A DNA stretch of 64,000 bases from NCBI GenBank assembly GCA_964106645.2, contig OZ067038.1; one strand, 5' to 3'. This DNA is from Podarcis pityusensis (lineage: Eukaryota). Each line of letters starts with the position of its first letter. Positions within the stretch are counted from its first letter, which is position 1. The translations under genes and the position numbers were made by a program. Below the pieces are notes generated by a model. The model worked only from the letters and a program-made list of their open reading frames with translations, was not told the DNA's origin and did not search any database. Of this stretch, positions 1 to 12,678 are shown piece by piece.

Positions 1-277
1 GATTTAGGCAGAGCCAGCATCCATTCAAATATTCACCCATTCATTCAGTTTGTTATCAATAATAATACGCTGGGAGACTTAAAACAGAAACAATAGATGC
101 AATAAGGGTTGTTGGAAGCAGGGCTACAAGGCACTTGAAGCAGGTGAATACTTGAATACTTGAAGCTAATACCCTTTAAAGATATATGAATGCATGAGTA
201 CGTTATATACACAACCTTCATGAAGACTTGCATGACAAAGGTGTATAAAATTATGGTGTGAAGAAAGCAGAATATTT

Positions 278-400
278 TCTCCTCTCATAATATTAAAATA
301 GGAGTCATCAGATGAAGCTAAATGGTGGGAGATCAGAGCAGATAAAAGGCAGCACTTCTTCACATGGTGCGTAGTTAAACTGTGGAATTTTTTACCATAT
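278..400 (+). mobile_element. CR1 LINE ORF2 3' fragment (degenerate)
   Basis: ctcataatattaaaataggagtcatcagatgaagct...ttcttcacatggtgcgtagttaaactgtggaatt resembles the CR1 C-terminal SHNTRTRGHxMKL...FFTQRxVKLWN region. Confidence 0.7.
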
Positions 401-402
401 CA

Positions 403-603
403 TGAAAACAACATACAAAAATGCATTATGAGAAACTGCTTGAAAAGAAATGTGTACTAGGATAAATTCTCTAATTTGCTGAAGGATTTCCATGATGAAT
501 ATGGTAATCACAAATTGCTGCAGAAATTTGAAGAACTGAATTTAAGATTGTAAAAAATGCAAAAGTGGGGGAATGGAAATGGGCAGATTTTTTTTCCATC
601 CCT
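403..603. mobile_element. Partial hAT/Ac-like non-autonomous element (same family as 5722-6088)
   Basis: Ends ...gggcagatttttttccatccct, matching the family's terminus, and shares its gaagaactgaatttaagattg body. Confidence 0.55.
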
Positions 604-796
604 CGCTATGGCTAAAGCCATTTTGCCATGCCCAATTACCCGTAGGGGTGAGTCAGCTCAGCACGGAGCTAGAAGGAGCAGAGAATGCAATAACTGAGTT
701 GTACTGGGCAGATCCATATAGAAGGGTCAATGCAGAGACAGAATCAACTTCAAACAGAGCTGTTTACACACTGTACATTGAAAATACATCCCCCCA

Positions 797-991
797 GGTC
801 TGTGTGCACACCATACATTTGTGTGCGCAAAGCACATTTATAGTGCAATTTCCCCTCAAAAAAAAAAAAAAAATTCCTGGAAACAGTAGTTTAAGGAGAC
901 TGGGAACTGTCATTCTTTGAGGGGTAAACTGCAGTTCCCAAGATTCTTTGGAGGTGGGAATGTGCTTTAAGTGTGTGGTGCATGTACAACC
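797..991. mobile_element. Palindromic MITE (possibly PIF/Harbinger-like)
   Basis: Imperfect inverted ends cacaccatacattt...aaagcacat / tgtgctttaagtgtgtggtg; a related copy lies at 4163-4332. Confidence 0.6.
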
Positions 992-1994
992 AAGGAAAGT
1001 CTGCCCAAATGGGAACTGGAATGAAGATACAGATAGGCAGGATGATGGGCAGGGGAATAGAGGTGCTGGGAAGCTGGGAAGGGAACAGGTAGGCAGAGCA
1101 ACAGAAGACAGGCAGGCATGCAGCTGGCAGGTGGGGACAAGAAACAACCAGAGTTATAAGACACTTCCTTATCTGATAACAACGGTCAGGTTGGGAACTT
1201 GAAAAGTATCCAGCATAGGGTCATATTTGAGCAACTTAATGCTTTTATGTAAAAAAATTTTTTTAAAAAAAAATCTGATTCAGTAATCTTGTTAGTATTG
1301 GTCAAATCCAGGCCAATCAAAAGGAGTAAAATCATCTTTCCCTTAAGTAGCAACAAGTATTACTATAAGTTGGTCAACTCAATATACACATACACAACTT
1401 TAAAAATAATCAGATCTCATGAAAAGAAATGCATGCTCCTGGTGGACAGGGGAGCATTCAGTAGACTTTTAACTTTATTTGAGTAGACTATACAGCCTAA
1501 GCAGTTTAATAAATCTGCACACTTTCCACACACAGAGAAGTGGGATCATTTGATTTTAATATGTATTGCTAATTTGCTTCACCCTTAGCAGTAACAGCGC
1601 AATAAACAAATGAGCCCTTGGGTCTGCAAAGATGTGCTTGCAATAGTCTCCTAGATGGATGACATCGTTATTATATGGCACTGCTATGCCCCAAAAAGGT
1701 TCTTGCCCCTTTTTATATCTGTTTTATTACTGATGTGCTTTATGATCTCTGTGGCTGCTATTTTTCCTTTCCAGCCTCTCTGTTGTAGGCTTAACTGTAT
1801 ACAGTCTGCTTTATATCTAATTGTTGGCCTTACTAATTCTTAAGATGTTGTGATTGCTGTAACTCATGTTTTACCTTGTATGAGTTGCTCATTTTTGCCT
1901 GTACCCAAGATCAGCAGGTGAAACGCTGGCTCTGGGCATGGAAGGCAGCAATCTGAAAACTTAGTTACTACTTAGTTACTAGTCATTTACTTAG

Positions 1995-2135
1995 GGCACA
2001 TCACCTGTCTTCCATGATGGAACTCAAGGCAGCATCCACAGAGTTCTCATGGGGCCTCGCATCTAAGCACTGGTCAAACGCAGACCTGCTTAGCTTCAGT
2101 AAGGTGGCTGTATCATTGTCTCCAGACCATGTTTT
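1995..2135 (-). mobile_element. 5S rRNA-derived SINE-like element
   Basis: Minus strand reads ctgaagctaagcaggtctgcgtttgaccagtgcttagatgcgagg (5S internal control region-like), then a gctgccttgagttccatcatggaaga tail. Confidence 0.6.
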
Positions 2136-2769
2136 CAGACTATGCCCTGGAAGTGATTTTTCAGTTTGTGAAAGCAAAGAAGGTATAGAAGGGTGTGGGG
2201 GTGGAGGACAATAGCCTGCTATTGGCCACAGCCTAGATCGGAGTGGAAGGCAACTCCTATCATCAGCAGGGACTGATGGGATTTGGAGTCCAGCAGTATC
2301 TGGAGGGCACCAACTTATAATGGAAGCATGGACTAGAGGGATCACATGTATCAATATGCCAGGCAACGCAGGGCTAGAAGGCTGGATATGGAAGACAGAC
2401 AACCAGCTTGAATGGTGATAAGACAGAGAAGGATGAGAGATGGCCTCTGGGACAGGAAAATTGGGATCCGTTTCATGTTTCCAGCAGCTCGTAGAAACAG
2501 AGAGGAACACTCACAAATGCAATGGAACAAATTGCATGGTGAGAATCTGGATTTGTCCACTGGTATGTGGATATCTGGATCACCATTCAAGGTTATGTTT
2601 TTTGATTGCAGGCAAAGCAGCCTCTCAGTCGTTCTGCAGTAATGGAGGTGTGAAGAGGACCCAGGAAGGGATGGCTCAAAGTCTGTCAGCAAAATTCCCC
2701 CGGTGGCTCCTGCCTATATCTTTAGGCCCCAACAGGCTTACCTGGTGGTCTTACCTGGCAGAAGCAGTA

Positions 2770-2972
2770 GCAGCAGCGCTTAGTGGTTTGGAGCCACCTT
2801 TTATATTTCCCACAATGCCCCAGGGTGACACTAAGGCAGGGCACTGTGGGAAATTAAAATGGTGGCTCTAAGCTACACCATGTGGAGTGACCAGAGCAGG
2901 TATAGGAGTGGGCCTTCCCAGGATGCAGGGCCTTGGAAATTGTCCACGGGTGTCGCAGGCTGACGCCAGTCC
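2770..2972. mobile_element. Old DNA-transposon-like fragment with internal hairpin
   Basis: Inverted repeat gagccaccttttatatttcccacaatgccc / gggcactgtgggaaattaaaatggtggctc (about 2783-2875). Confidence 0.45.
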
Positions 2973-3949
2973 CAGAAAACAATATGGTAGAAGTGGACTG
3001 TTTAGTCTACCCAAGGGACAGCAATAGATCGTAAAAATCCCTTGCAAGTTGCAAGTCAAAGTAGCAAGCTTAGTGTTTTTCCAATGATCATATTATCTGT
3101 CTCCTTTGAGCATTTCAGCAGCTTCCACACAGCATCCCTCATATTTTATCCCACATTTTGTGAGTCCCAAAGCTGCTATGAACAGAAGCATGCGTGATCT
3201 TTTTATATCGTTACTGAGTAGTTTATCATTTCACTGTTCCTCAATTTCAGGTTGCAATTCTCCTGTTCAATCATCCAATTACAGAACAAAAGCTCTATGA
3301 ATCTGCTTACATTAACAGTTCCTCACTATGAATAATCAATATGCAATAGCTGCTACAGAATAGTTACAAACCCCACTGGTGGGGATAGGGGGGTGGGCAC
3401 ACAGAATAAAATTAAACAAAAATTACACACCCAAGCGATGCCATTAAATTGATCACCTATATCCTGTCTTAATAAATACTCTTTTCCCGTTAAGTGTTTT
3501 TATACTTTTTAGAGCTTTTTAATTGCGCTGTTGTTCACATCCTTCTGATTATCACAGTGCACAGGTGTTTTATAAATACAAATCATCATTAAACCTCTTA
3601 TATTTTACAGCCCAATCCTTAAAAGCAGTCTGCCAATGTAAGCCCCGTTCCATTCAACCACATATGTGTGAACAGAATGCTTTGCCATTCAAGCTGTAAG
3701 TTATTTCCCCCCAAGGGCCCTCTGTGTGTTAGAAGCACAGTCTTGGTATAACTGATTTTCCAATTTTCACATTACAAAGTAATGGGAAGCAGAATGAGAG
3801 CTTTCATTTTGCTTCCCCATAAACGTGGACCTACACAGTTTCAAAATTGACTGTAAGCAGGAACTCCTGTAATTAAGCTTCCATTGCAGTTGCTCTGTTT
3901 CTTTTTCTTGCTGGTATCCTTGCCGGATTTCGGTGGGGGAAAGCCTGTA

Positions 3950-4030
3950 GTCAAATGATGAAGCTGAAGCTAAGCTGGCCTTGGTCTGGGTCAGTGCCTG
4001 GATGGAAACTGGACATTATTATTATTATTG
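3950..4030 (+). mobile_element. 5S-derived SINE head fragment
   Basis: ctgaagctaagctggccttggtctgggtcagtgcctggatggaaact resembles 5S gaagctaagcagggtcgggcctggttagtacttggatgggagacc. Confidence 0.55.
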
Positions 4031-4162
4031 TTATTGTTATGGTTGTTGTTGTTGTTGTTGTTGTTAGACTCCTCTGACTGGCTTGTCCTAGCTCGGGTTG
4101 CCCTAGCTTCCGACAAAATTAAAAACAAAACAAAAAACGCTCAAACATTCAAACCCGGAAAA

Positions 4163-4332
4163 CTGGTCCACATTATGCATTTAAAGCACATGGCTTCCCC
4201 CCTAAAGTATCCTGGAAATTGTAGCTTGTGGCTCACAGAGCTACAATTCCCAGCACCCTTAACAAATCACAGTTCACATGATTCTGCAGGGGGAAATCAA
4301 GGACTTTAAACACATGGCATGGATGTGAACCC
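4163..4332. mobile_element. Palindromic MITE, relative of 797-991
   Basis: catttaaagcacatggcttcccc...ggactttaaacacatgg with an internal ctacaattcccagcaccc. Confidence 0.6.
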
Positions 4333-4364
4333 CTTGGAGTTTTGTGAAGCAACAAAGTTGGAAT

Positions 4365-4758
4365 AAAGTGTTGGTGCTGACCTTTAAAGCCCTAAACGGC
4401 CTCGGTCCAGCATACCTGAAGGAGCGTCTCCACCCCCATCGTTCTACCCGGGCATTGAGGTCCAGTGCCGAGGGCCTTCTGGTGGTTCCCTCACTGTGAG
4501 AAGCCAAGTTACAGGGAACCAGGCAGAGGGCCTTCTCGGTAATGGCACCCGCCCTGTGGAATGCCCTCCCACCAGATGTCAAAGAGAAAAATAACTACCA
4601 AACTTTTAGAAGACATCTGAAGGCAGCCCTGTTTAGGGAAGCTTTTAATGTTTAATACGTTATTGTATTTAAGTGTTTTGTTGGAAGCTGCCCAGAGTGG
4701 CTGGGGAAACCTAGCCAGACGGGTGGGGTATAAATAAATTGTTATTATTATTATTATT
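4365..4758 (+). mobile_element. L2 LINE 3' end (5'-truncated)
   Basis: Translates to KVLVLTFKALNGLGPAYLKERL...RAFSVMAPALWNALP...FRRHLKAALF with an in-frame stop; 3' UTR and (TTA)n tail; paralogous to 59150-59625. Confidence 0.92.
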
Positions 4759-5721
4759 TACAATTGCATTTTAGAAATTTTTATTCTTCCTCCCTACAGG
4801 CTACACACCTGACTGATCCTGCTCAGAGCCTCCCTTGCATGCTTTTGCTTTTTTTAAGATGAGCAAAATTCCTTATGTGGTGTTTACAAAGCAAAATGTT
4901 AACCATAGCCGTTGGGCTGTAAGTCAGAGCTGGAACTAAAACAACCTTTGCAAAGCTGATGGCCTCCAAATGTTTCGGACTACAACTCACATCAGTTCCA
5001 GGCAGCCAGATTATAAACCCACCAGCGACCAATCCAGTGAGGAGGATAAGGCTGAACCGCCCTGTGTTTTGTAGGAAGAAAAGCTATGAAATTTCACAAA
5101 AGAAATTTCATTTCTTCAAGGCTTCAATTAAATTTTCTGTGCTGGGCTGATATTATTTGTTACTATTCCCTTTTGTCTGGAGAGGGGAAAAAATATTCAA
5201 CCAGTGTTTCCTACCTGTCAAAACATATAGCTCTGAAACATGCTTTTCTGACAACAAACATGGCTGAGAATCTCCAAACAGCCCAGTGTGCTTGGAGAAG
5301 ATGCATGCTGAGCATCACAAATAAAAGTTGGAAAAGTGAGTGGGGAGGGAGGGGAGAGAGGGAGAGGGAGAATGAAAGGTTAGATGGAAAGACAAAAGCA
5401 GATGACATGCTGGAATTTTTTTGGAACAAATAAGAAGAATATAGTGCAAATCACATAACCGTCTGATCAGAGATGGGCAAAAACAATATCTGAGTAGATG
5501 TCCACAATCTAGATACGGAAGAAAAATACTCCTAATTTAGTTCAAATTTCAATATTTATCATGGACACACATTAGTGCTTACTAAGCTGCAATAAAAGGA
5601 TCTTCGTCACCCAAAAGTGATCTCCAATCAAGATTAGAGGAGGGAATAGCTTGATGGTGGTGGAGATACAATTGGGCTTCCTACAGCCTAGCATAGAAAC
5701 CAGAAGAGTGTCAGTCATGAG

Positions 5722-6088
5722 TAGGGGTGGGAAAGAAATTCAGTTCAGTTCACATTCAAATGAAGATTTACTTAATTTACACTTTCCGAACCAATATGCT
5801 GACTAGAACAGAGGCCTCCTTTCAAAATTTGCACTTCTCTGAATTTTGCAAAGCACTTCTCCAGATACATAAAGTGTACAAAAATACACATACTAGGGGA
5901 AAGCGTTCATCAAAAATGTCTATAATAGGAAAAACTGCATACATTGGAAGAAATTTGCAGGAAAATATTGGTGCATTTTCATGAGGGCATTTTTTTAAAC
6001 AGATGTGGAAATGTGGAGAATTGGACTTGAGACTGGGGGGAAATGAGAAACTGATAGAAACCAAAATGGACAGATTCATTCACCCCTA
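5722..6088. mobile_element. Complete hAT/Ac-like MITE
   Basis: Perfect 8-bp TIR taggggtg/caccccta; the flanks gtcatgag and gttgcgag reconcile as one 8-bp TSD after CpG decay. Confidence 0.75.
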
Positions 6089-6316
6089 GTTGCGAGTCCC
6101 TTCTGAAAAAAGCTGACCAGCTCCAGCTCTTATATACCAGGAATTTCTGCAAACCTCCACTTAACCTTCAGCCATTGCTCCTACTCCCTAAATTGCATGA
6201 GTTTGATGTCCCTGAGGAACTTGTAATCTATATTTAGCAGGGTGGTGGGAACCCTTTGGCTTAAAAAACCTAAAGGAGAACAAAAGCACTTCCCCCCCCA
6301 GCCCAATTTTAAAATC

Positions 6317-6506
6317 CATAGAATCGTAGAGTTGGAAGGGACCCTGAGGGTCATCTAGTCCAGCCCCCCAATGCAGGAATCTAAGCTAAAGCATCCATGA
6401 CTGATGGCCACCCAACGTCTGCTTAAAAACCTCCAAGAGACCACAACCTCCCGAGGGAGTCCATTCCACTGTCAAACAGCTCTTGCTGTCAGAAAGTTCT
6501 TCCTGA
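6317..6506 (-). mobile_element. CR1 LINE 3' end, segment 1 (split by an insertion)
   Basis: catagaatcgtagagttggaagggaccctgagggtcatctagtcc is the reverse complement of a CR1 tail; collinear with 6977-7162. Confidence 0.9.
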
Positions 6507-6976
6507 GCCTTGAGCGGGGAAGGCTCCGGTCTCATCCTTGGCTTCTGCTCCCCATCCCAATTCTATCTTGCTTCCTAACTGGAGACGTGGGGAGGGAGAT
6601 CTCATAAGGCAGGTTTTTGTTTTTAAATGGAATGGGTATGAGTAGTCTGTTGCTGTAGCAAGAAGAGTGGCTTTGAATCCCCCTCCTGATGCGGAGAACC
6701 TCAAGGCCTTGGAAAGAGAGGAGGAGGATCGCCTGTTTATATAAATCACAGGCGAAAATCAGTAGCTTAGCTGTATGTGACGGTCATTCTATATAGGAGC
6801 GGAAGGAAATCGCCTTTCCAGAACTGCGCTCAGAATTGTTGTGAATAGAGGTTCAAATATGGCAATAAACTCTTCTTCCCATAAATTGCTTACATATCGC
6901 AGTGTCCCAGCACCAGCTGTTTGCAACACCATCAATCATAATAAAAGAATAAAATTTCAAAAAAAACAACAAAAAA
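6507..6976 (+). mobile_element. 470-bp polyadenylated retroposed insert of unknown origin
   Basis: 17-bp TSD cagaaagttcttcctga at 6490-6506 and 6977-6993; AATAAA at 6940 and 6948; A-rich tail at 6959-6976. Confidence 0.85.
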
Positions 6977-7162
6977 CAGAAAGTTCTTCCTGAAGTTTAG
7001 CCAGAATCTCCTTTCTTGTAAATTAAATCCATTGGTTCGAGTCCTACTCTCCGGAGCAGGAGAAAACAAGATTGCTCCATCCTCCATGTGACCACCCTTA
7101 TGATATTTGAAAATGGCCCTCATATCTCCTCTCAGTCTCCTCTTATCCAGGCTAAACATACC
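6977..7162 (-). mobile_element. CR1 LINE ORF2 C-terminal fragment, segment 2
   Basis: The ORF track gives MFSLDKRRLRGDMRAIFKYHKG...SRTRTNGFNLQERRFWLNFRKNFL, a typical CR1 ORF2 end. Confidence 0.92.
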
Positions 7163-7298
7163 TCAGTACCTGTACACTGAGTTGGAATTACATAACTAAG
7201 AGCACACTAGGCACATCTAAACACACACACAGTCTTCCAGCACTTATCCCCGTGAGCCTTTGCAGCCTGCTCTGCCACTTTGCAATGCAACTGATTAC

Positions 7299-7489
7299 TG
7301 TGAGTCGAGGACCCTCAGCTCGCTTAGGGATAAATAAGACACAAGGATGCATGTATTTTAGGTTAATGGGCTAAAGAAGGCCACAACTTTATTGGTTACA
7401 GCATGTGAGTGGTATTGGCTTAGGCACTGGATCAAACAATCTATACATGACTCCACCCCGCTCAGTGGGGAGTCATCCGAAGGTTAACA
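7299..7489 (-). mobile_element. Possible LTR fragment
   Basis: tgtgag...ttaaca span with a minus-strand AATAAA; no TSD found. Confidence 0.25.
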
Positions 7490-7619
7490 ACCAGTGGAAG
7501 GAGCTTGTTGATGCAAATACAACTGGAAGCTTCCCCTGATGTCACCAGGCATTGTGTCATGGCCCTAGCCACCAGCAGGGCATTGGAAAGGATCTACAAC
7601 CACCAGATTCCTTTAACAG

Positions 7620-7775
7620 AATACTATCCAACATCCTGTTCTCACAGTGCCTAACCAAGATGCCAATACCAAGCCCACAAGCCAAACCTGACCACAACAG
7701 TACTCTTCCCTGCATGTGATTCCCCCAGCTGCTGGTATTCAGAAGCAAAGCTCCTCTGACAGTGGAGACATAGTA
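7620..7775 (-). mobile_element. Old CR1 3' UTR fragment
   Basis: atccaacatcctgttctcacagtgcctaaccaagatgcc is the reverse complement of the motif at 19047-19150. Confidence 0.65.
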
Positions 7776-9419
7776 TTTAAGTTCACTGGGTCTACTCTGA
7801 GTAAATGTTGGTTGAATACAACCCATTGTGTGCACACATACAAAAACACATACTGCACACATTGGGATACCAATGTCTCTTGTACCTTGAAATGAGGCTA
7901 TACCAAGTTTTGGCCAGCCCTGTCTGTCTGGGAAGATGATATACTCTGGGTCTTGACATACCCATTGTCCTCCTCCTTCCTGTGCTCACCTCCTGATGAA
8001 GCAGCCAATATACAGGCTGTCTTCTCCTTGGCCATTTCCTCATTGTCTCTAAATAGAGCACAGCAACCTGGACGTGGTTCCTGAGGTCAGGAATGCCCAT
8101 CACAGGACAATTGGGTCTCATCAGTGAACTTACAGCAGCCCAGCAGCCTCAGTGACCCACCAAGAACGATTGGTAGCAGCTATGTCTTCATGGTCATGGC
8201 TGCCCCATGGGTGAATGTCAGATTGCTGCTTTGCCCAGATGGTTGCTGCAGGCTCAATGGGGCTTTCCTCGTGGGCAGGGACACTCCCTGAGAGAGGAAG
8301 TCTAGGAAGCTCCTCTGTTATCTATCAGTATGATATGGAAGCAGCTCTCTGGAGTCTCAAGTAAATGAGATCCCTTTGCCTGAAGATGCCAGGATTGGAC
8401 CTGGGATGCATTACATGGCCCCATCTAGAAGAAGCCAAATGCAACTCCTTCCTTTTACAGCCTCTACACTATTTTAACTGGGAAAGCAATGAAGCAATTA
8501 CGTTATTTATGGATAGCAAATCATAGAAAACAAATTATCTGCAAGTTGGATGCTCACAGGGAATTTTCCTTGGCACACAAACACAAACAGATATATATGT
8601 ATCTATACAGAAACATTTTGAAAATGGATAATAAAATGCTTCAGTTTTTTGTTGTTGCATGCTGTCAAAAAGGTCTTAATGTGTGCTTGTTTCAAGAATT
8701 ATTTTTCTCCCCTGCTCTTTGTTTGCTAAAGTAGCTTAGCAGCAGTAATAAAGAGTGGAAATATCAGCTTCAGTGCACCAACAAAATGAGCATTCACAGA
8801 AACTATTTTCCTTCACAATATATAGAGAGCTCCTTTTTCTTCTTCTTCTTCTTCTTCTTTCCCTTCTCTCTGTCTCTCTCATGGTTTCTGGGCTATCTTT
8901 TTTTAGGGTATCTCTCTAATTTCATTGAGACTGCTCTGCTGAGGTATGATACTATAGTTCAGTAGCAATAGGAAAGTTAGCCCGAAAGAGCCAGCTTGAA
9001 ACTACCGCAAACTGTTTTCACTTCTTATGTTTAACATTTCATCTCAAAGGGCTCTTTGCTCTTTCTGTGAGTTACAAGGCATTACTTTGTCTCTATTGTG
9101 CTTTACTGTTCTAAGGTGCCTCATTGACGGCAGTGAAGTAGACTACAGTGTGCCAACTGGAGGCTGGCAAAAGTTTTTTAAAAATTTGGTTGAACTTAGC
9201 CTACACCCCTCAGGAGCGCTCACTGATACAGGCAGACAGTCTTTCCCTTATGCTGCCCTATTATGATTGATGTGGGGTGATAATATACATATGTCTATTT
9301 AACCAGACACAGTGTCATTAATCATGGCACCCCAGGTTGTACCTCTATATAGTTTCACCTTTGGCAATAAAAGGAATCCCAGAATGCTACATTGTTGTAG
9401 CTGGCAGGTTAAAAAATCT

Positions 9420-9742
9420 CACCTAACCTTTACCAGGAGGTCCCAGGGCAGGTTACAACAATTTTAAAATACGATATTAAAACAGTTAAAGACAATTACA
9501 GTCTAGAGCAGGGTTTCCCAAACTTGGGTCCCCAGCTGTTTTGGGGACTACAGTTCCCATTGTCCCTGACCACTGGTCCTGCTAGCTAGGGATGATGGGA
9601 GTTGTAGTCCAAAAACAACTGGAGACCCAAGTTTGGGAAACCCTGGTCTAGAGAATAGAGTGGGTGCTAAGATATAGGTCTCAGGTACCAAAGGGTAAAG
9701 AGGTGCAGCCTCAGCATCTGATGGAAACTACTTGATGAAGGT
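9420..9742 (-). mobile_element. Old L2 3' end interrupted by a hAT MITE
   Basis: ggtcccagggcaggttacaacaatttt...aaaacagttaaa continues after the MITE as aaagaggtgcagcctcagcatctgatggaa. Confidence 0.55.
9509..9645. mobile_element. hAT (Charlie-type) MITE, 137 bp
   Basis: TIR cagggtttcccaaacttgggtc / gacccaagtttgggaaaccctg; perfect 8-bp TSD gtctagag matching the NTCTAGAN preference. Confidence 0.93.
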
Positions 9743-10048
9743 ATAATAATAATGATAATTTAATTACTTGTACCCCGCCCATCTAACTGAGTTGCCCCAG
9801 CCACTCTGGGCGGCTTCCAGCAAAATATGAAAACGCCATAAAGTCAAACTTAAAAACTTCCGTATACAGGGCTGCCTTCAGATGTCTTCTAAAAGTCATT
9901 TAGTTGTTTATCTCCTTGACATCTCAGTAGAGGGTGCTCCACAGGCCAGGCACCACTACCAAGAAGGGCCTCTCTCTGCCTGGCTCCTTGTAATCTCACT
10001 TCTCACAGTGAGGGAACCGCCAGAAGGCCCTCAGAGCTAGATCTCAGT
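9743..10048 (-). mobile_element. L2 LINE 3' end
   Basis: Reverse complement of the 4365-4758 type (ccccagccactctgggcggcttcc; agggctgccttcagatgtcttctaaaagt). Confidence 0.88.
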
Positions 10049-11034
10049 GGAAGCACTCCTTTGGGAATATTATACACACCTCTGTGTTGGTAGGAACTCC
10101 AGAGTTTAAGGAATGCCACAGAGAATGTAACATCTACCCAGCACACATTGGAGCACTAAAAAAGTTTGTATAAAAAGGAGCCCAGGCCAGACAACATCAA
10201 CAGTGGTCCTGCCACAGCGCTAGACCTCAACACCTGCCGAACCATATTGGCTACAGTGCCAGGACATCCACCTTTGAGATGTAACCATATTTATCTCCAG
10301 TTTTTATTTTTTAAATATTTTTCTACTGTCTTTCAACTCCCCATTGTGTTTCCATGGAAGTAAAATACTCATTCTGCCCAGTCATGAGATGTCACCAAGT
10401 TGTCAAGTGACCTTTGCAGGGCAAAATAGGTCTTTTCAATTCTGTGCAGCACTTTTGAGGGCTCCTCTGAAGGTCTGACAATCAACTGACTGTCAGGTCT
10501 TCAGAAGCCACTTTCAAAGCACTGCCTGGCCTAGTGCTTTGCACAGGTTGGGTGCCTGCAAACCCCCTTTTTACCAGCCTCGCATGTGATATCATATATG
10601 ATATCAGTTGGGTATGGGATGCCCAAAATTAGGGAGGCATGGTGGGCCAAATCAGGCCTGGGAGCCAGAGACCCACCACCCCAGCATAGAGTTTCTGACA
10701 TAGGGGACCTGGTGTTCAAAGGAGCCCAAGCTGTGCCCATGTTGGAAGGAGACACCTGCAGTTAGAGGTGTAAAGGAGATCGCAAAGAGCTTTTCTCCAG
10801 TTATGCACCACTTGAGCGGTCGGCATGTGAAAAGGTCTTTCTGCCTTAAGCATTTCTTCCATATTGTTTTTATACCTATCTTGTCCTTTTGCACTGGTTT
10901 CAAAGCTATTTTGGGTTATTTTTAGGTGAATCGCCTTCAGACGCACGTGGAAGGCGATTCTTAAATAAAATAAAATAATAATAAAAAAAGATGTTATTAT
11001 TTCTATCTCTGCATACAGGACAGCTATAGCCAGC

Positions 11035-11035
11035 A

Positions 11036-11075
<40 letters not shown>

Positions 11076-11078
11076 AAT
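11035..11078. repeat. (AAAG)n microsatellite
   Basis: Direct tandem array. Confidence 0.95.
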
Positions 11079-11757
11079 CAATCAATCATTTAAAAACCAA
11101 TGAAAAATGCATACACTGGGTGATGGACAGTTATAGAAGCTATGTCAAACTAACACCAGCAAGCACAGATTTCTGAACATAATGGTATCCCAAAAAAGAA
11201 CAAAGCAGAAACATGAAGTCTTGTGGAGGGATGGAGCAGGGGGAGATCTGCAGGAGACTGGCTACAGGAGGCTACAAGGTTAAATTGGAAGCCTAGAGAA
11301 GTCTGAAGAACACAGATGTAGATAGAACTGAACGGTGTGTCTTTGGGGAAGGGAAATGTCAAGGAGTCTTGGTTTTCTAAAATGATTGAGGACTCAGTGA
11401 GCTGGGAGGTAGGAACTAGACTTTTAGGGTGGTGGCACTCAAACTGCCATTGGCCATTTAATATTCAGAGTACTCAAAAGTTCCAGCTTCAGAAACATGT
11501 GAGCCTTTTCACTATAAAAAAGGCAAGGCCAGAACCAAAAGCTTCAGGGTCAGGGGGAGGTAGATTTCTGTCAACACAAAGGTATCATTCTGGTCCCCCA
11601 AAATAAGGACGTTTATATGCAGTTGTACATGAGCAACATACAAGTAATGGATTTAAGCCTGCCGGAGCACAGTCATATGCAAGAAAGTGCAGACTGATAG
11701 TATGGACATTTGGGAAATGGAATATTCAGCTGGACAGCTTAAAAAACACACAACTAT

Positions 11758-11957
11758 GGATGAGATTCAACTAAGCTGTTGCATGCACCGAATGAGGTCC
11801 ACTCATGCAATGGGACTTTCTTCCTCACCCTGCCCCCCCCCCATGCCCCCTAAATTTGTTCTGGCAGATTGGGAGGAGGGGAGGGGGAAGTCCCATTACA
11901 CAGTGGACCTCGTATCATGCACACACACCACACTTTGTGCCACGTTAAATCCCACCC
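11758..11957. mobile_element. Old palindromic MITE
   Basis: Inverted ends ggatgagattcaac / gttaaatcccaccc and inner arms gaggtccact..aatgggactt / aagtcccatt..agtggacctc. Confidence 0.55.
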
Positions 11958-12514
11958 TTTGGATATACTTCCACCTTTGATTCCCCTCATCTAAGCAGGG
12001 AGGTGCCTACAGTGGTTTGTTCTACTTTCAGGGATTCTAGGTATAGAATATGAAAAACTCAAGACCGTATAAATGTTCATGATGCTAAATTGGGTCCTGT
12101 CGAGGTTTAGACTTGCAGCGGCTGGTCCCTGCTGCAAGGGGGAGGAACTCATTGGGGTGGCCAATCTCTGAAGGCTTATGGGATCCATTTGGATTGCAGA
12201 AGGTCCTTAGGAAGTTCCAGTCAGCTGGGCAGGTGGTTCTTGTTAATGCCCTGGTCACTTTGTGGAATGTAGGGATGACCCAGATGGTTGATATGGTTGC
12301 TCTCAAGCATCCTCTTCTACTGAGCCCAGTCAGCTCCTTGATATACTGGAGAGCTAAGCACCTAAGTCTGTGGAAATTTTTGCCCCAACGTTGACTGGAA
12401 TCTAGTGTCTAATGCAACCAGAATAAGCTGTATTAAGCGCAGCACACATGAATAGAGAAAGAAGCAGTGGTGCCACTTGGCTCACTGGAAGAGACGATCT
12501 CTTTCAGATATAGC

Positions 12515-12645
12515 ATGGTTCATGCAGCTGTGGCTTTCCATATGTTGCTGAACTCCATCACCCATCTGCCCCAGCTAGCACAGCCATTGGTCAAGGATGA
12601 CAGGAGTTATAATCCAACAACACCTGGAGGGCCACAGGCCTCTCT
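12515..12645. mobile_element. Degenerate hAT MITE
   Basis: ctgtggctttccatatgttg...caacacctggagggccacagg; relatives at about 27740-27850, 44990-45110, 60902-61030 and 62131-62230. Confidence 0.65.
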
Positions 12646-12678
12646 GGATGGGCATTCCAGCTGTGCAGTTAGCTTATA

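Noticed and set aside
2040-2110. 5S rRNA gene
   Set aside because: Only a short diverged segment embedded in a SINE-like repeat
2001-2871. Overlapping 113-169-aa ORFs
   Set aside because: They span repeat fragments and show no recognisable domain or convincing splice framing
10587-10606. Perfect 20-bp palindrome tgatatcatatatgatatca
   Set aside because: It lies within what appears to be a decayed hAT element and is low complexity
10929-10961. Stem-loop gaatcgccttc...gaaggcgattc
   Set aside because: Standard L2-type 3' terminal hairpin followed by an A-rich tail
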